A stretch of 52,342 nucleotides of DNA from Gemmatimonadales bacterium (GTDB lineage: Bacteria; Gemmatimonadota; Gemmatimonadetes; Gemmatimonadales; GWC2-71-9), in the NCBI GenBank assembly GCA_041615815.1, contig JBFJCP010000030.1, positions 1-52,342 of the forward strand. Reading direction: 5' to 3'. Positions 19,006 through 29,306 of this stretch are shown piece after piece. Numbering within the stretch: the first letter of the stretch is position 1; the number at the start of each line of letters is the position of its first letter. The notes below the pieces were generated by a model. That model was given only the letters and a program-made list of their open reading frames with translations, was not told the DNA's origin and made no database searches. The translations under genes and the position numbers were made by a program.

Positions 19006-20482
19006 GGCGCTCCGATCCTCGCGGCGTGCAGGCACGGCGGCCGTTCTCTTGATGCTGGGCGGCGTCACGGCCGGCCGGGCGCAGGACGATGGGTCCGCGC
19101 CCATTTCGCTCGCGCGCAGCATTCAAATGGCGCTCGAGAACAGCCGGACCTTGGAGGAAGCGGAGATGGGGCTCCGGGAGGCTGGGCAACAGGTACGCGA
19201 AGCGTGGAGTGCCGTGATGCCCGATATCCGAGCTTCGGTGTCGTACTCGCGGAACCTTCAGGTGCAACAGGCGTTTCTGCCGGCGTTCATCTTCGATCCC
19301 AATGCGGGGCCGAATGACCTCATCCCGGTCCGCTTTGGCTCCGACAACACGTGGCGGGCGGGGTTGACGTTCGACCAGCCCCTGTTCGAGGCCCAGGCGT
19401 TCATCGGGGTCAGCGCGGCGGGTCGGTTCCAAGAACTCCAAGCTGAGCAGGTCCGCGGCACGGCCCAGCAGGTGGTGTCGGCGGTCCGTCAGGCCTATTT
19501 CGATGCGCTCCTCGCAGCTGAGGAAGTTCGGCTCACCGAGAACAGCGTCGACCGTGTTCGCAAGACGTTGACGGAAACCCGCGCACTCAACCGGGCGGGT
19601 CTCGCGAGTGATTACGACGTGCTGCGCTTGGAAGTCCAGCTGGCCAATCTCGAACCCAACTTGCAGCGGGCTTCCAACGCCGTGGCCGCGGCCCAAAGGC
19701 GGTTATTGGTCGAGATGGGGTTGGATCCGAGCCAGCCGATCACGTTGGAAGGAAGCCTGAGCACCATCGATCTCGAGCGGTTCGAGCAAAACGTCGCTGC
19801 CAACGCCGCGCTGCTTGCAGTGGCCGGGGCCGAGGATCTGCTCACCGCGGACACCGACGAGCTCCAGCAACTGGCCATGCGGTACCGCAGCGATCTCCGA
19901 CAGCTGGATGTCACGATCACGCTCGAAGAAGCACGTCGGGCGGCCGAGCGGGCGGAATTCTTTCCGAGTCTCAGCGTCTTTTCCTCGTACGACGTGACGG
20001 CGCAGGAGAACGGATCGCTGAACTTTTTCGGTGCCGGATCGAATCAACGAAGTACCGCGAGCGTGGCAGGTCTGCGGGTGGAAGTGCCCATCTTCACCGG
20101 GTTTTCCCGGTCCGCCCGCGTTGCACAGGCGACGGCGCGCGTCAAGCAAAACGAGGCGCGACTGGTACGAACCGAGCAACAAGTGGTGAGTGAGCTCCGC
20201 ACGGCGTTGGAGACCGTGCAGGAGGCGCGGGCGCGGGCGGCCGCCCAGCGGCGGGCGGTGGCGCAGGCGCAGCGAGGTTTTGAGATTGCCTCAGCCGAGT
20301 ACAATGCGGGGGTAGGGTCGCAGCTGCAGATCACGGATGCGGAAGTTGCGCTGCGAGAATCGGAATTCAACTACGCGCGTGCGGTGTACGACTATCTCAG
20401 TGCGCGTGCGCGTCTCGAGGCAGCGGTGGGCCGTGTGCCGGACAAGGCCGGCGCCCTCGCACTGCCGGGGAGTGAGTCATGA
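18998..20482 (+). CDS. TolC family outer membrane efflux protein
   Basis: GGAGG RBS, signal peptide, two OEP repeats (AYFDALLA; VPIFTGF...YNAGVGSQLQITDAE). Confidence 0.92.
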   Translation: MPKALRSSRRAGTAAVLLMLGGVTAGRAQDDGSAPISLARSIQMALENSRTLEEAEMGLREAGQQVREAWSAVMPDIRASVSYSRNLQVQQAFLPAFIFDPNAGPNDLIPVRFGSDNTWRAGLTFDQPLFEAQAFIGVSAAGRFQELQAEQVRGTAQQVVSAVRQAYFDALLAAEEVRLTENSVDRVRKTLTETRALNRAGLASDYDVLRLEVQLANLEPNLQRASNAVAAAQRRLLVEMGLDPSQPITLEGSLSTIDLERFEQNVAANAALLAVAGAEDLLTADTDELQQLAMRYRSDLRQLDVTITLEEARRAAERAEFFPSLSVFSSYDVTAQENGSLNFFGAGSNQRSTASVAGLRVEVPIFTGFSRSARVAQATARVKQNEARLVRTEQQVVSELRTALETVQEARARAAAQRRAVAQAQRGFEIASAEYNAGVGSQLQITDAEVALRESEFNYARAVYDYLSARARLEAAVGRVPDKAGALALPGSES

Positions 20483-21609
20483 CGAGTTATCGAGTGAGGG
20501 CCCGCAGCCTGCCGCGGTGGGTGGTGGTGGGTTTGCTCGTGGGCGCTATCCCAGGAGCGCAGGCCTGCTCCCCGGCCGAGGGTGATGACGGCGATACGTC
20601 CCAGAGTGCGCAAGCGCAGACTGGGGCCCGGGTGGTCAACGTGGAGGTCGCGGACGTCGCGTTGGGCGAATTCACCGATTTCATCCGGGTGACGGGGGAG
20701 GTCGAGGCGTTTCATGACGTCACGATCGCTGCCGAGGAGTCGGGACGCATCGCCGCGTTCCTCGTCGAGAAGGGGCAGCGAGTGGCGCGGGGCCAGGCCC
20801 TGGCCCGGTTGGAGGACCAGCTCCTGAAGGCGCAGGCGGCCGAGGCCCGCGCCTCGGCGCAGCTCGCCCAGGAGCAGTACGAGCGGCAGCGTCAGCTCTG
20901 GGAAGAGGAGAAGATCGGAACCGAGATTGCCTACCTCCAAGCCAAGTATCAGGCTGAGCAGGCGGCCGCGCGGCTCGCGCAACTCGACGAACGGCTGGCC
21001 CGCACGGTCATTGCGGCACCGGTGGCGGGGGTTTTTGACGAGAAGTATCTGGAGGAAGGCGAGATGGCGGCCGTCGGTGCGCCGGTGGCGCGGGTGGTTG
21101 CCACCTCCCGGGTGAAGATCGCCGCCGGAGTGCCAGAACGGTTCGCACGCTCGGTCCGCGTGGGGAGTCCCGCGCAGATCTGGTTCGACATCTTCCCGGG
21201 CCGGGAGTTCGAGGGAAGCATTGGGTACGTGGGTAGCAGTGTCGATCCGGGTAATCGGACGTTTCCCATCGAGATCGTCATGAACAACCCGGATCGGGTG
21301 GTCAAGCCGCACATGGTGGCGAATGTGCGCGTACAGAGTGAGCGCCTCGCAAATGTGATCGTGGTCCCGCAGGAGGTCGTGCTCCGCGCGGCCGACGGGT
21401 ACAAGGTGTTCGTGGCGACCGAGCGGGATGGAGCGTGGTTCGCTGTGGCGCGCTCGGTTCAACTCGGTGGGAGCGCCGCCAATCGCACGGTGATCGTGGA
21501 TGGCCTGGCGGTAGGCGACCGGCTCATCACCTTGGGACATCAGCAGGTCGACGATGGCAGTCGTATCCGCATCGTGAACGACGATCAATCGATGACAGAG
21601 GGTTCCTGA
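20479..21609 (+). CDS. RND efflux periplasmic adaptor (MFP) lipoprotein
   Basis: Lipobox-like AQAC, lipoyl halves SGRIAAFLVEKGQRV and IAAPVAG, VDPGNRTF. Confidence 0.92.
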   Translation: MTSYRVRARSLPRWVVVGLLVGAIPGAQACSPAEGDDGDTSQSAQAQTGARVVNVEVADVALGEFTDFIRVTGEVEAFHDVTIAAEESGRIAAFLVEKGQRVARGQALARLEDQLLKAQAAEARASAQLAQEQYERQRQLWEEEKIGTEIAYLQAKYQAEQAAARLAQLDERLARTVIAAPVAGVFDEKYLEEGEMAAVGAPVARVVATSRVKIAAGVPERFARSVRVGSPAQIWFDIFPGREFEGSIGYVGSSVDPGNRTFPIEIVMNNPDRVVKPHMVANVRVQSERLANVIVVPQEVVLRAADGYKVFVATERDGAWFAVARSVQLGGSAANRTVIVDGLAVGDRLITLGHQQVDDGSRIRIVNDDQSMTEGS

Positions 21610-21610
21610 G

Positions 21611-24600
21611 ATGGCGAGAGTCCAACGCCGCGGCGAATTCAAACAGTTCAAACTCACCTCGCTCGCCGTGGATCATCCCACGAGCGTGCTCGTGTTGACG
21701 GCGATTCTCATCATCTCGGGAATTTTGGCGTACGTCGCGATTCCCCGGGAGTCGAACCCAGAGATCACGATTCCGAACATCATCGTCAACACGGTCTATC
21801 CCGGCGTGGCGCCCCGGGACATCGAGACGTTGATCACCCGGCGCATCGAGGACGAGCTGCATACCATCGCGGACGTGAAGACCATCACCTCCACGTCCAT
21901 CGAAGGGTATTCCAGCATCAACGTCGAGTTCACCGCCGGCAGCGACATGAACGAGGCGCTGCAGCAGGTTCGGGAGAAGGTGGACATCGCCAAGCCCGAG
22001 CTGCCCAGTGCCGCCGAGGAGCCCCAGATCTTCGAGATCAACTTCTCGGATTTTCCCATCATGCAGGTGAACATTTCCGGCGACTACGATTTGTTCCGCC
22101 TGCGTGAGGTGGCGGAAGATATCCAGGATCGTATCGAACAGATTCCCAGCGTCCTCGAAGCCTCGCTCGCGGGTGGCCTCGAGCGGGAGGTGCAGGTCGA
22201 CGTCGACCTGGCCAAGCTCAAGTTCTACGATCTCGCCTTCGACGACGTGATCGATGCCATTCGGGATGAAAATGTCACCATTCCCGGCGGCTCCATCGAC
22301 GTCGGCAACATGAAATATCTGGTGCGCGTCCCTGGCGAATTCGAAGCCACCGCCCCAATCGCGGACATCGTCGTGGCCACCCGAAGCGGGCGTCCCATCT
22401 ACATTCGCGACGTCGCCACGGTGGATTTTGGCTTCAAGGAGCGCGACAGCTTCGCGCGCCTGGACGGGAACCCTGTCGTGACGCTCTCCGTGTCGAAACG
22501 AAGCGGGGAGAACATCATTGAGACGTCCGAGCGAGTCCGGGCGGCCATCGCCGCGTTGGAGCCCACCTTCCCACCAGGCACGATCGTGAAGATCACCTCC
22601 GATCAGTCGGAAGACATCCACGACATGGTGAGCAGTCTGGAGAACAACATCATCTCCGGATTGATTCTCGTCGTGGGCGTGCTGTTGTTCTTCCTGGGAC
22701 TCCAAACCGCCTCGTTCGTGGGGATCGCGATCCCGCTGTCGATGCTGATTTCGTTCAGCGTCATGCAGTTTCTGGGATTCACGATGAACGTCGTAGTGTT
22801 GTTCAGCCTGATCCTCGCGTTGGGGATGTTGGTCGACAATGGCATCGTCGTGGTGGAGAACATCTTCCGGTACCGCGAAGAAGGGCACGACCGGGTCGAG
22901 GCGGCCAAGCTGGGGACGGGTGAAGTGGCCATGCCCATCATCGCGTCCACCGCCACCACACTCGCGGCGTTTGCGCCCTTGGCGTTTTGGCCGGGGATCA
23001 TCGGCGAGTTCATGAAGTTCCTACCGCTGACGTTGATCATTACCCTCAGCTCGTCCCTGTTCGTGGGGCTGGTGATCAACCCGACGCTGTGCTCGCTGTG
23101 GCTCGACCCGGAGAACGCTCCAAAGACGGTGCTCCCACCCACCCCGAAGAGGCTCACCTATGGAGCGTTGGCGATCGCCGTCGTGATCGGGCTCGTGGTC
23201 AACTGGTTAGCCACGATTCTGCTGGGCCTCACCGCGGTATTGCTGTTGTATCTCCACCGCCACGCCATGGCGCCGTTCGCGCACTGGTTCATGGGCAAGG
23301 GGTTGCCAGGGGTACTTCGATACTACGAGCGGGTTCTCCGATGGGCTCTCGTGCATCGGTTCCGGATGCTCGCGGGCGCGGGCGCGGCCCTCGTCGCCGC
23401 CGTCCTCACCTTCAGCGCGCTCAATGCGGGGATCGAACTGTTTCCTGAAGACATCCCCCCGTCTACGGCGTTCATTCAGATCGAGTCCTCGATCGGGACA
23501 CGTGTGGAACAGACGGACGGGTTGGCTGGGCGGGTCGAGCGAGTGGTCTCCAACCTCGACGGGCGGGAGAACATCGAATCCGTGGTCACCACCGTGGGAC
23601 AAGCGGTCAGCGGTGACTTCGGGAGTGGCCGGGGGACGCATCTCGCGACGGTCACGGTGAACCTCATCGACTATCAAGACCGCACCGTCGAGGCGTCGCA
23701 TCTTTTGGAGTCGCTGCGACGCGAGCTGGCTCGCGAGATCGCCGGCGCCGACGTCTCGGTCGAAACCCAGCAAATGGGCCCACCCACCGGCCTCCCCGTG
23801 ACCATCGAGATCACCGGTGACGACCCCGAAGTACTCAAGCGCCTCGGTGACGAGGCGGTCACGATCTTGGAGCGCTCACCGGTCTTTGCCAAGCTCGATG
23901 GTCTCGAGAGCGACATGGCCGATGGGCGGCCCGAGCTCATCGTGGACGTGGATCGGGAGCGGGCCGCGCTCTATGGTCTGAACACCAGTGACGTCGGGTT
24001 CACCGTGCGAAGCGCCATCAACGGGACCGAGGCGTCCAAATACCGAGATGGCAAGGACGAATATGACATCACGGTGCGGGTGGCACGGGAGTACCGGGAC
24101 GACTTGGGCGCCCTCGGTGACCTCACGGTGGTCAACGAGCAGGGCCGACAGATCCCGCTCTCGTCCGTCGCCTCGTGGCGGGTGGGCGAAGGCTTTGCGG
24201 ACATCAACCGAAAAGACCTCGACAAGGTCGTCACCGTGTCGTCCGAGGTGCGGCAAGGGTACAACGGCAATGTGGTCCTTGCCGAAGCCCAGGCCGCGCT
24301 CAGTGATTTCCGCTCCTCGCTGCCGCCGGGCTACAACATCGCGTACACGGGAGAGCAGGAAGAGCAGCAGGAATCCGAGGCATTTCTCTTGGGCGCGTTC
24401 TTCACGGCGGTCTTTCTCATCGGGTTCATCCTGGTCACACAATTCGACTCCGTGACCAAGCCGTTGATCATTCTGAGCTCGGTAGTGCTATCTACCATCG
24501 GCGTCCTCATCGGCCTGATGGTTTTCCGCATGCCGTTCGGGATCATCATGACGGGCGTCGGGGTCATCAGTTTGGCCGGCGTCGTCGTGAACAACGCCAT

Positions 24601-25027
24601 CGTGTTTATCGACTACGTAGAGCAGCTCCGCCATCGGGACGGTCTGCGTCGACGAGAGGCGCTGGTCCAGGGTGGCGTGACGAGATTCCGGCCGGTCATT
24701 CTCACGGCGATCACGACGGTTCTTGGCCTCGTCCCGTTGGCCATCGGTCTCAACTTCGATTTCTTCGGTCTGTACACGAGTCTCAGTCCGGATCCGTACT
24801 GGGGTGGTGAGAACGCCGCGTGGTGGGGCCCCATGGCCATTGCGGTGATCGCCGGGCTCACCTTTGCAACGTTCTTGACGCTGGTCCTGGTCCCGGTGAT
24901 GTACTCACTGCTCGACGACGTGGACGATTGGGTCGCCGTGCACTTCAAGCGTCAGCCGGCGGTCGAGAGGCAGGAGGTGCCCACCCGGACGGGCGAGCAT
25001 CCGTCACCCGAGCCAGTGACGGTATAG
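21611..25027 (+). CDS. RND efflux permease (AcrB/AcrD/AcrF family)
   Basis: 1138 aa. LILALGMLVDNGIVVVENI, GVVVNNAIV, RFRPVILTAITT. Confidence 0.95.
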   Translation: MARVQRRGEFKQFKLTSLAVDHPTSVLVLTAILIISGILAYVAIPRESNPEITIPNIIVNTVYPGVAPRDIETLITRRIEDELHTIADVKTITSTSIEGYSSINVEFTAGSDMNEALQQVREKVDIAKPELPSAAEEPQIFEINFSDFPIMQVNISGDYDLFRLREVAEDIQDRIEQIPSVLEASLAGGLEREVQVDVDLAKLKFYDLAFDDVIDAIRDENVTIPGGSIDVGNMKYLVRVPGEFEATAPIADIVVATRSGRPIYIRDVATVDFGFKERDSFARLDGNPVVTLSVSKRSGENIIETSERVRAAIAALEPTFPPGTIVKITSDQSEDIHDMVSSLENNIISGLILVVGVLLFFLGLQTASFVGIAIPLSMLISFSVMQFLGFTMNVVVLFSLILALGMLVDNGIVVVENIFRYREEGHDRVEAAKLGTGEVAMPIIASTATTLAAFAPLAFWPGIIGEFMKFLPLTLIITLSSSLFVGLVINPTLCSLWLDPENAPKTVLPPTPKRLTYGALAIAVVIGLVVNWLATILLGLTAVLLLYLHRHAMAPFAHWFMGKGLPGVLRYYERVLRWALVHRFRMLAGAGAALVAAVLTFSALNAGIELFPEDIPPSTAFIQIESSIGTRVEQTDGLAGRVERVVSNLDGRENIESVVTTVGQAVSGDFGSGRGTHLATVTVNLIDYQDRTVEASHLLESLRRELAREIAGADVSVETQQMGPPTGLPVTIEITGDDPEVLKRLGDEAVTILERSPVFAKLDGLESDMADGRPELIVDVDRERAALYGLNTSDVGFTVRSAINGTEASKYRDGKDEYDITVRVAREYRDDLGALGDLTVVNEQGRQIPLSSVASWRVGEGFADINRKDLDKVVTVSSEVRQGYNGNVVLAEAQAALSDFRSSLPPGYNIAYTGEQEEQQESEAFLLGAFFTAVFLIGFILVTQFDSVTKPLIILSSVVLSTIGVLIGLMVFRMPFGIIMTGVGVISLAGVVVNNAIVFIDYVEQLRHRDGLRRREALVQGGVTRFRPVILTAITTVLGLVPLAIGLNFDFFGLYTSLSPDPYWGGENAAWWGPMAIAVIAGLTFATFLTLVLVPVMYSLLDDVDDWVAVHFKRQPAVERQEVPTRTGEHPSPEPVTV

Positions 25028-25825
25028 CTCGGGCCGTCGGTCCCGCCAGAAGAGCGTGCGGGCCGTGCTCGTTGCGCAACGGGTGAGATCGAGGTCGGCC
25101 ACGAGCAGATCGTCCGCAAGTCGCTGCCCGCGTGCGAGGATCTGTCCCTCGGGATCCACGACGAACGACTCACCCGCAAAGGTGAGTCGTTCTTCTTCAC
25201 CCACGCGGTTGCACAGTGCGGCGAAATAGCCGTTCTGAAAGGCGGCCGTGCGAACCTCCGCTTCGAAGAGTCCCTCCGGCCACTCGTCCACCGCCCCCGC
25301 CTGGGGAATCACCACCACCTCGGCACCGGCCACGCCGAGTGCTCGCATGTACTCGGGATAGTGCCGGTCGTAACAGATGGCGACGCCGATCTTCCCAGCC
25401 GCGGTCTCATATACCGGGGCGCCCCGATCGCCGGGATCGTAGTACTCCTGCTCGTGGAAACAGGCGTACTCGGTGATGTGAACCATGCGGGTGACCCCCA
25501 ACAGGCTTCCATCGGCGTCGACCACGGGGGAACTATCGAAGTGACGTCCGGTCTCGTCCACCTCGTACATGTTGAAGACCGTGACCAGCGAATGGCTGCG
25601 CGCCCGTTCGGCAAGGCAGTCGGTGATGGGTCCAGGGATCGGTTCCGCGCGGTCCCGCGCGGTGGTGTCGTGCGGTTGCTGTGGGAAGAAGCGATCCACC
25701 GCCAGCTCCGGAAACGCGACGAGATCGGCGCCGGCCTCCTTGGCCCGGTCCATCGCGCCCAAGGCACGACGAAGGTTCTCGTCCCGATCGGTGCCGGTGG
25801 CCAGCTGAGCCAGGGCGATGCGCAT
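25004..25825 (-). CDS. Carbon-nitrogen hydrolase (nitrilase superfamily; beta-ureidopropionase/N-carbamoylputrescine amidase-like)
   Basis: FPEL (Glu), ICYDRHYPE (Cys), NRVG, GESFVVDPEG. The Lys position reads RMVHI. GAGGA RBS. Confidence 0.88.
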   Translation of the reverse strand: MRIALAQLATGTDRDENLRRALGAMDRAKEAGADLVAFPELAVDRFFPQQPHDTTARDRAEPIPGPITDCLAERARSHSLVTVFNMYEVDETGRHFDSSPVVDADGSLLGVTRMVHITEYACFHEQEYYDPGDRGAPVYETAAGKIGVAICYDRHYPEYMRALGVAGAEVVVIPQAGAVDEWPEGLFEAEVRTAAFQNGYFAALCNRVGEEERLTFAGESFVVDPEGQILARGQRLADDLLVADLDLTRCATSTARTLFWRDRRPELYRHWLG

Positions 25826-26157
25826 CGGGTCCTCGGTGCGGCAAGAAAGAAGTGGTGGAATGTAGTACCACGGGGTTGTTCGCGGGATCCGGAAGGCCGT
25901 GAAGCCGCCTATTCATTAATAGAGAGGGTGACGGGAGCAGCGGACCGTGGCCGGCGACGCCGGTAATTCCTTTATTCATAATAGGTTATGCAATGGTGCT
26001 GACCGCAACGCCGGACTTGGGAACCGACCTCGACCCCGAGTGTTTCTATTCCATCAAGGCACGACCATATCGTCGGGTGCGCGAGGGCTTTAGGAGCCTT
26101 CCCTCCTCCACGGGCGCGGGCCATGTGTCCCCCGTCTGCTCGCGGTCCGGGGGTCGC

Positions 26158-26186
26158 TTGCCGAATCACGATCCGACGGGTAGTGT
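26158..26186 (+). promoter_or_regulatory. Putative sigma70 promoter for susCD
   Basis: TTGCCG (26158-26163), 17-bp spacer, TAGTGT (26181-26186), about 120 bp upstream of the AAGGAGG/ATG start. Confidence 0.55.
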
Positions 26187-26308
26187 ACGGTCTTCACAAA
26201 TGGTCCATGCAATCCTGGTGGGTCTCATCTGTCGCCTCCCTCCCGGCGCGACCGAATGGGCTGTTGGTCGCGTCTCAGTATCTCAGCCCCAAAAGGAGGA
26301 TCGGTAGT

Positions 26309-29278
26309 ATGAAATCCAGATTCGTATTACTCCTGGCGCTTCTGGTTGGTCTCGGGGCCACGAGCCTCGAGGCGCAGACGCGCGTGCTTTCCGGAAGGGT
26401 AACGGATGCCCTGACCGGTGAGCCGGTGGTGGGAGCGGAAGTCACCGTGCCCAACACTGCCATTCGCACGTTCGTGAACGACGACGGATCGTTCACCCTC
26501 GGTGTTCCCACGGGCGCGGTGCAGGTCCTCATTCGTCGGATCGGCTACAAGCGCTATCTGCTGACGGTGCCGGCTGGCCAGAACAACGTCACCGCCGAGC
26601 TCGAGCGCGACGTGCTGCAGCTCGAGGAAGTGGTCATCACGGGTGTTGCCACCGGTGTGTCGCGACAGAATCTCGCGAACGCCGTCGGGACCATCAGCGG
26701 TGAAGACGTGGCCGAGGTCACCTCGCAGAGCGTCGAGCACGCCATTGCGGGCAAGGTGGCAGGGGTCGACATCCAGCAAAACTCCGGCGCGCCGGGCGGT
26801 GGTGTGCAGGTCCGGCTTCGCGGGACCACGTCGATCAACGCCACCGCGCAGCCGCTGTGGGTCGTGGACGGCGTGCTCATGAGTGACGTCGCGATCCCGT
26901 CCAACCAGAACGCGGTCACGGCCGCGACCGGGGGAAACAACCCGTCGTTGACGCAGGACGGTCAGGTCAACCGGATCGCGGACCTGAACCCCGAAGACAT
27001 CGAGAGCATCGAGATCCTCAAGGGCGCGTCGGCATCGGCCATCTACGGGTCCAAGGCATCCAACGGTGTGATCATCGTACGGACGCGCCGCGGCCGGGCC
27101 GGGCCACCGCGATTCAACGTTTCCCAGCGCTTCGGGACCTTTGATCTGTCGAACAAGTTGGGATCGCGGACCTTCGAAGACGCCGCAGAGCTCGATGGCC
27201 TGTTTGGGGCCGGCACGGCGGCGTCCGTCGGATTCACGCCCGGCGTGAGCTTCGACCATGAGGAGCAGCTCGCCGGTCGCAACGCTCTGTCGTCGGAGAC
27301 CTCATTCAACTTGAGCGGTGGGGACGAGGACACGCAGTACTTCTTGTCCGGTCTCTGGCAGGACGATGCCGGGATCATGGAGAACACCGGGTTCGAGAAG
27401 CAGTCGCTCCGATTCAACGTCGACCAAAATGTGGGCGAGCGGATCCGCGGCAGTCTGAGTACCAACATCGTGCATAGCCTGGCGCAGCGCGGCCTGCAGA
27501 ACAACGACAACGCCGGCGTGAGCCCATACATGGTGTTCCCGTTCACGGCCAACGTCGTGGATCTGAGCCGCCGGCCAGACGGGACGTATCCCACCAACCC
27601 GTTCGAGCGGAGCAACCCGATTCAGACGCTCGGTTTGATGCAAAACGACGAAGACGTCTGGCGGTTCACGACATCGGGTCGGCTCGAGTTCACCGCGGCG
27701 CGAACGAACACCAGTGAGTTGCGACTCATTGGGTTGGCGGGGGCGGATTATTTCCAGCAGCAAAACGAGCTGTTCTTTCCAGCGGAACTCCAATTTGAGG
27801 ACGATGACGGCTTTCCGGGGACATCGCTCTTGGGGAACAGCGACAACCTCAATATCAACGTGAATGGTAGCGCGGTCTTCACGTTTGCCCCGACCAGCGG
27901 TGCCGCTACGTTCACCACGTCGGCCGGTATACAGTACGAGACGCGGGATTTGAACATCTCCCGGGTAGTCAGCCGTGGGCTCACTGCCGGCCAGCCCAAC
28001 ATCGACGCGGGCACCAATGTCGCGGTCAACGAGGACCGCCAGCGGGTCGAGGATCTTGGCTTCTTCCTGCAGGAAGAGGTGCTGACGTTGAATGATCGCC
28101 TGCTGCTCACTGCCGGGTTCCGGGCGGATCAGAGCAGCGCCAACGCGGACGATACCAAGCTCTATTTCTTCCCCAAGTTCTCGGGATCGTATCGGATTCC
28201 CGTGGGTGGGGTACTCGATGATGTGAAGTTCCGGGCCGCCTACGGCGAGTCGGGCAACCAGCCGCTGTTTGGCCAGAAGTTCACGCCGCTGGATGCGACG
28301 TTCAACATCGAGGGGATTCCCGGGATCATCGTCCCCCCAAGTACGATCTTCGCGATCGTCGGCTCGCCGGGTCTCAAGCCCGAGCGCCAGCGCGAGATCG
28401 AGGGTGGCATGGACATTTCGTTCTACGGGGGTCGAGCCACGTTCGAGTTGACCCTGTATCAAAAGACCATTAGCGACTTGTTGTTGACCCGGCGGCTGGC
28501 TCCCACGTCCGGATTCGCCAACGAGTTGATCAACGCTGGCGAGCTGCGGACGCGTGGTGCCGAAGTTTCGCTCGCGCTTGTACCAGCGCAGAGTGCGGAC
28601 TTCAACTGGGTCTTCCGCACCAACTTCTTCCTCAGTCGGAGCAAGGTCACCAACCTGCCGGTCCCGACGTTCATTCCCAGCAGCTCGGGATTTGGCATCG
28701 GTCTGGGGACGATTCGCATCGAGGAGAACAAGTCTCCCACGCAGATCGTCGGCAACACGGGATTCGACGCTTCCGGCAATCCCATCGAGGCCACCGTGGG
28801 CGACGTGAATCCCGATTTCAAGTGGTCGTTCACCAACGATGTCACGTACAAGAATGTCAATCTCTACTTCTTGTTCGACTGGCAAAAGGGAAGTGATGCG
28901 CTCAACCTCACCCAGCTCCTGTACGACATCGGGTCGTTGAGTGCAGACTTCGAGACGGCGGGGTCCACACGCCGCGCAAACGGACCGCTCGTCGGTGCGG
29001 GGGACACGCGCATCTACGTGCAGGACCTATCGTTCCTCAAGCTGCGGGAGGTCACCCTCTCGTGGCGGTTGCCCGACGAGGCGGTCGCCAATTTCTGGGG
29101 CGCCCTCCGCAATGTGCGACTGTTCGCGCAGGCGCGGAATCTCATTACGATCGCGGACTACCCGGGAGTCGATCCCGAGGTCTCGAACTTCGGTAACCAA
29201 CCGAGCGGTCGAAATATCGACGTCGCGCCCTTCCCGCCGAGCCGGAGCTTCTGGTTCGGGCTGGACTTGGGCTTCTAA
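26309..29278 (+). CDS. susC: SusC/RagA family TonB-dependent outer membrane receptor
   Basis: AAGGAGG RBS, signal peptide, carboxypeptidase-regulatory-like N-domain, LEEVVITG, plug motif DIESIEILKGASASAIYGSKASNGVIIV, terminal Phe. Confidence 0.95.
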   Translation: MKSRFVLLLALLVGLGATSLEAQTRVLSGRVTDALTGEPVVGAEVTVPNTAIRTFVNDDGSFTLGVPTGAVQVLIRRIGYKRYLLTVPAGQNNVTAELERDVLQLEEVVITGVATGVSRQNLANAVGTISGEDVAEVTSQSVEHAIAGKVAGVDIQQNSGAPGGGVQVRLRGTTSINATAQPLWVVDGVLMSDVAIPSNQNAVTAATGGNNPSLTQDGQVNRIADLNPEDIESIEILKGASASAIYGSKASNGVIIVRTRRGRAGPPRFNVSQRFGTFDLSNKLGSRTFEDAAELDGLFGAGTAASVGFTPGVSFDHEEQLAGRNALSSETSFNLSGGDEDTQYFLSGLWQDDAGIMENTGFEKQSLRFNVDQNVGERIRGSLSTNIVHSLAQRGLQNNDNAGVSPYMVFPFTANVVDLSRRPDGTYPTNPFERSNPIQTLGLMQNDEDVWRFTTSGRLEFTAARTNTSELRLIGLAGADYFQQQNELFFPAELQFEDDDGFPGTSLLGNSDNLNINVNGSAVFTFAPTSGAATFTTSAGIQYETRDLNISRVVSRGLTAGQPNIDAGTNVAVNEDRQRVEDLGFFLQEEVLTLNDRLLLTAGFRADQSSANADDTKLYFFPKFSGSYRIPVGGVLDDVKFRAAYGESGNQPLFGQKFTPLDATFNIEGIPGIIVPPSTIFAIVGSPGLKPERQREIEGGMDISFYGGRATFELTLYQKTISDLLLTRRLAPTSGFANELINAGELRTRGAEVSLALVPAQSADFNWVFRTNFFLSRSKVTNLPVPTFIPSSSGFGIGLGTIRIEENKSPTQIVGNTGFDASGNPIEATVGDVNPDFKWSFTNDVTYKNVNLYFLFDWQKGSDALNLTQLLYDIGSLSADFETAGSTRRANGPLVGAGDTRIYVQDLSFLKLREVTLSWRLPDEAVANFWGALRNVRLFAQARNLITIADYPGVDPEVSNFGNQPSGRNIDVAPFPPSRSFWFGLDLGF

Positions 29279-29306
29279 CATGCTGAGACTGGAAAGGGCA
29301 CAGAAG

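Noticed and set aside
25993..26307. 104-aa ORF upstream of susC, and the 26123 extension of susC
   Set aside because: No RBS or protein-like features, and it spans the predicted promoter. The strong RBS and signal peptide fix the start at 26309.
27302..28885. 527-aa antisense ORF inside susC; similar long ORFs at 15445-17100, 20392-21657, 21527-22888, 31830-33362, 36667-37962 and 48654-49871
   Set aside because: Shadow ORFs expected from high-GC codon bias; no recognisable motifs, and they overlap well-supported genes.
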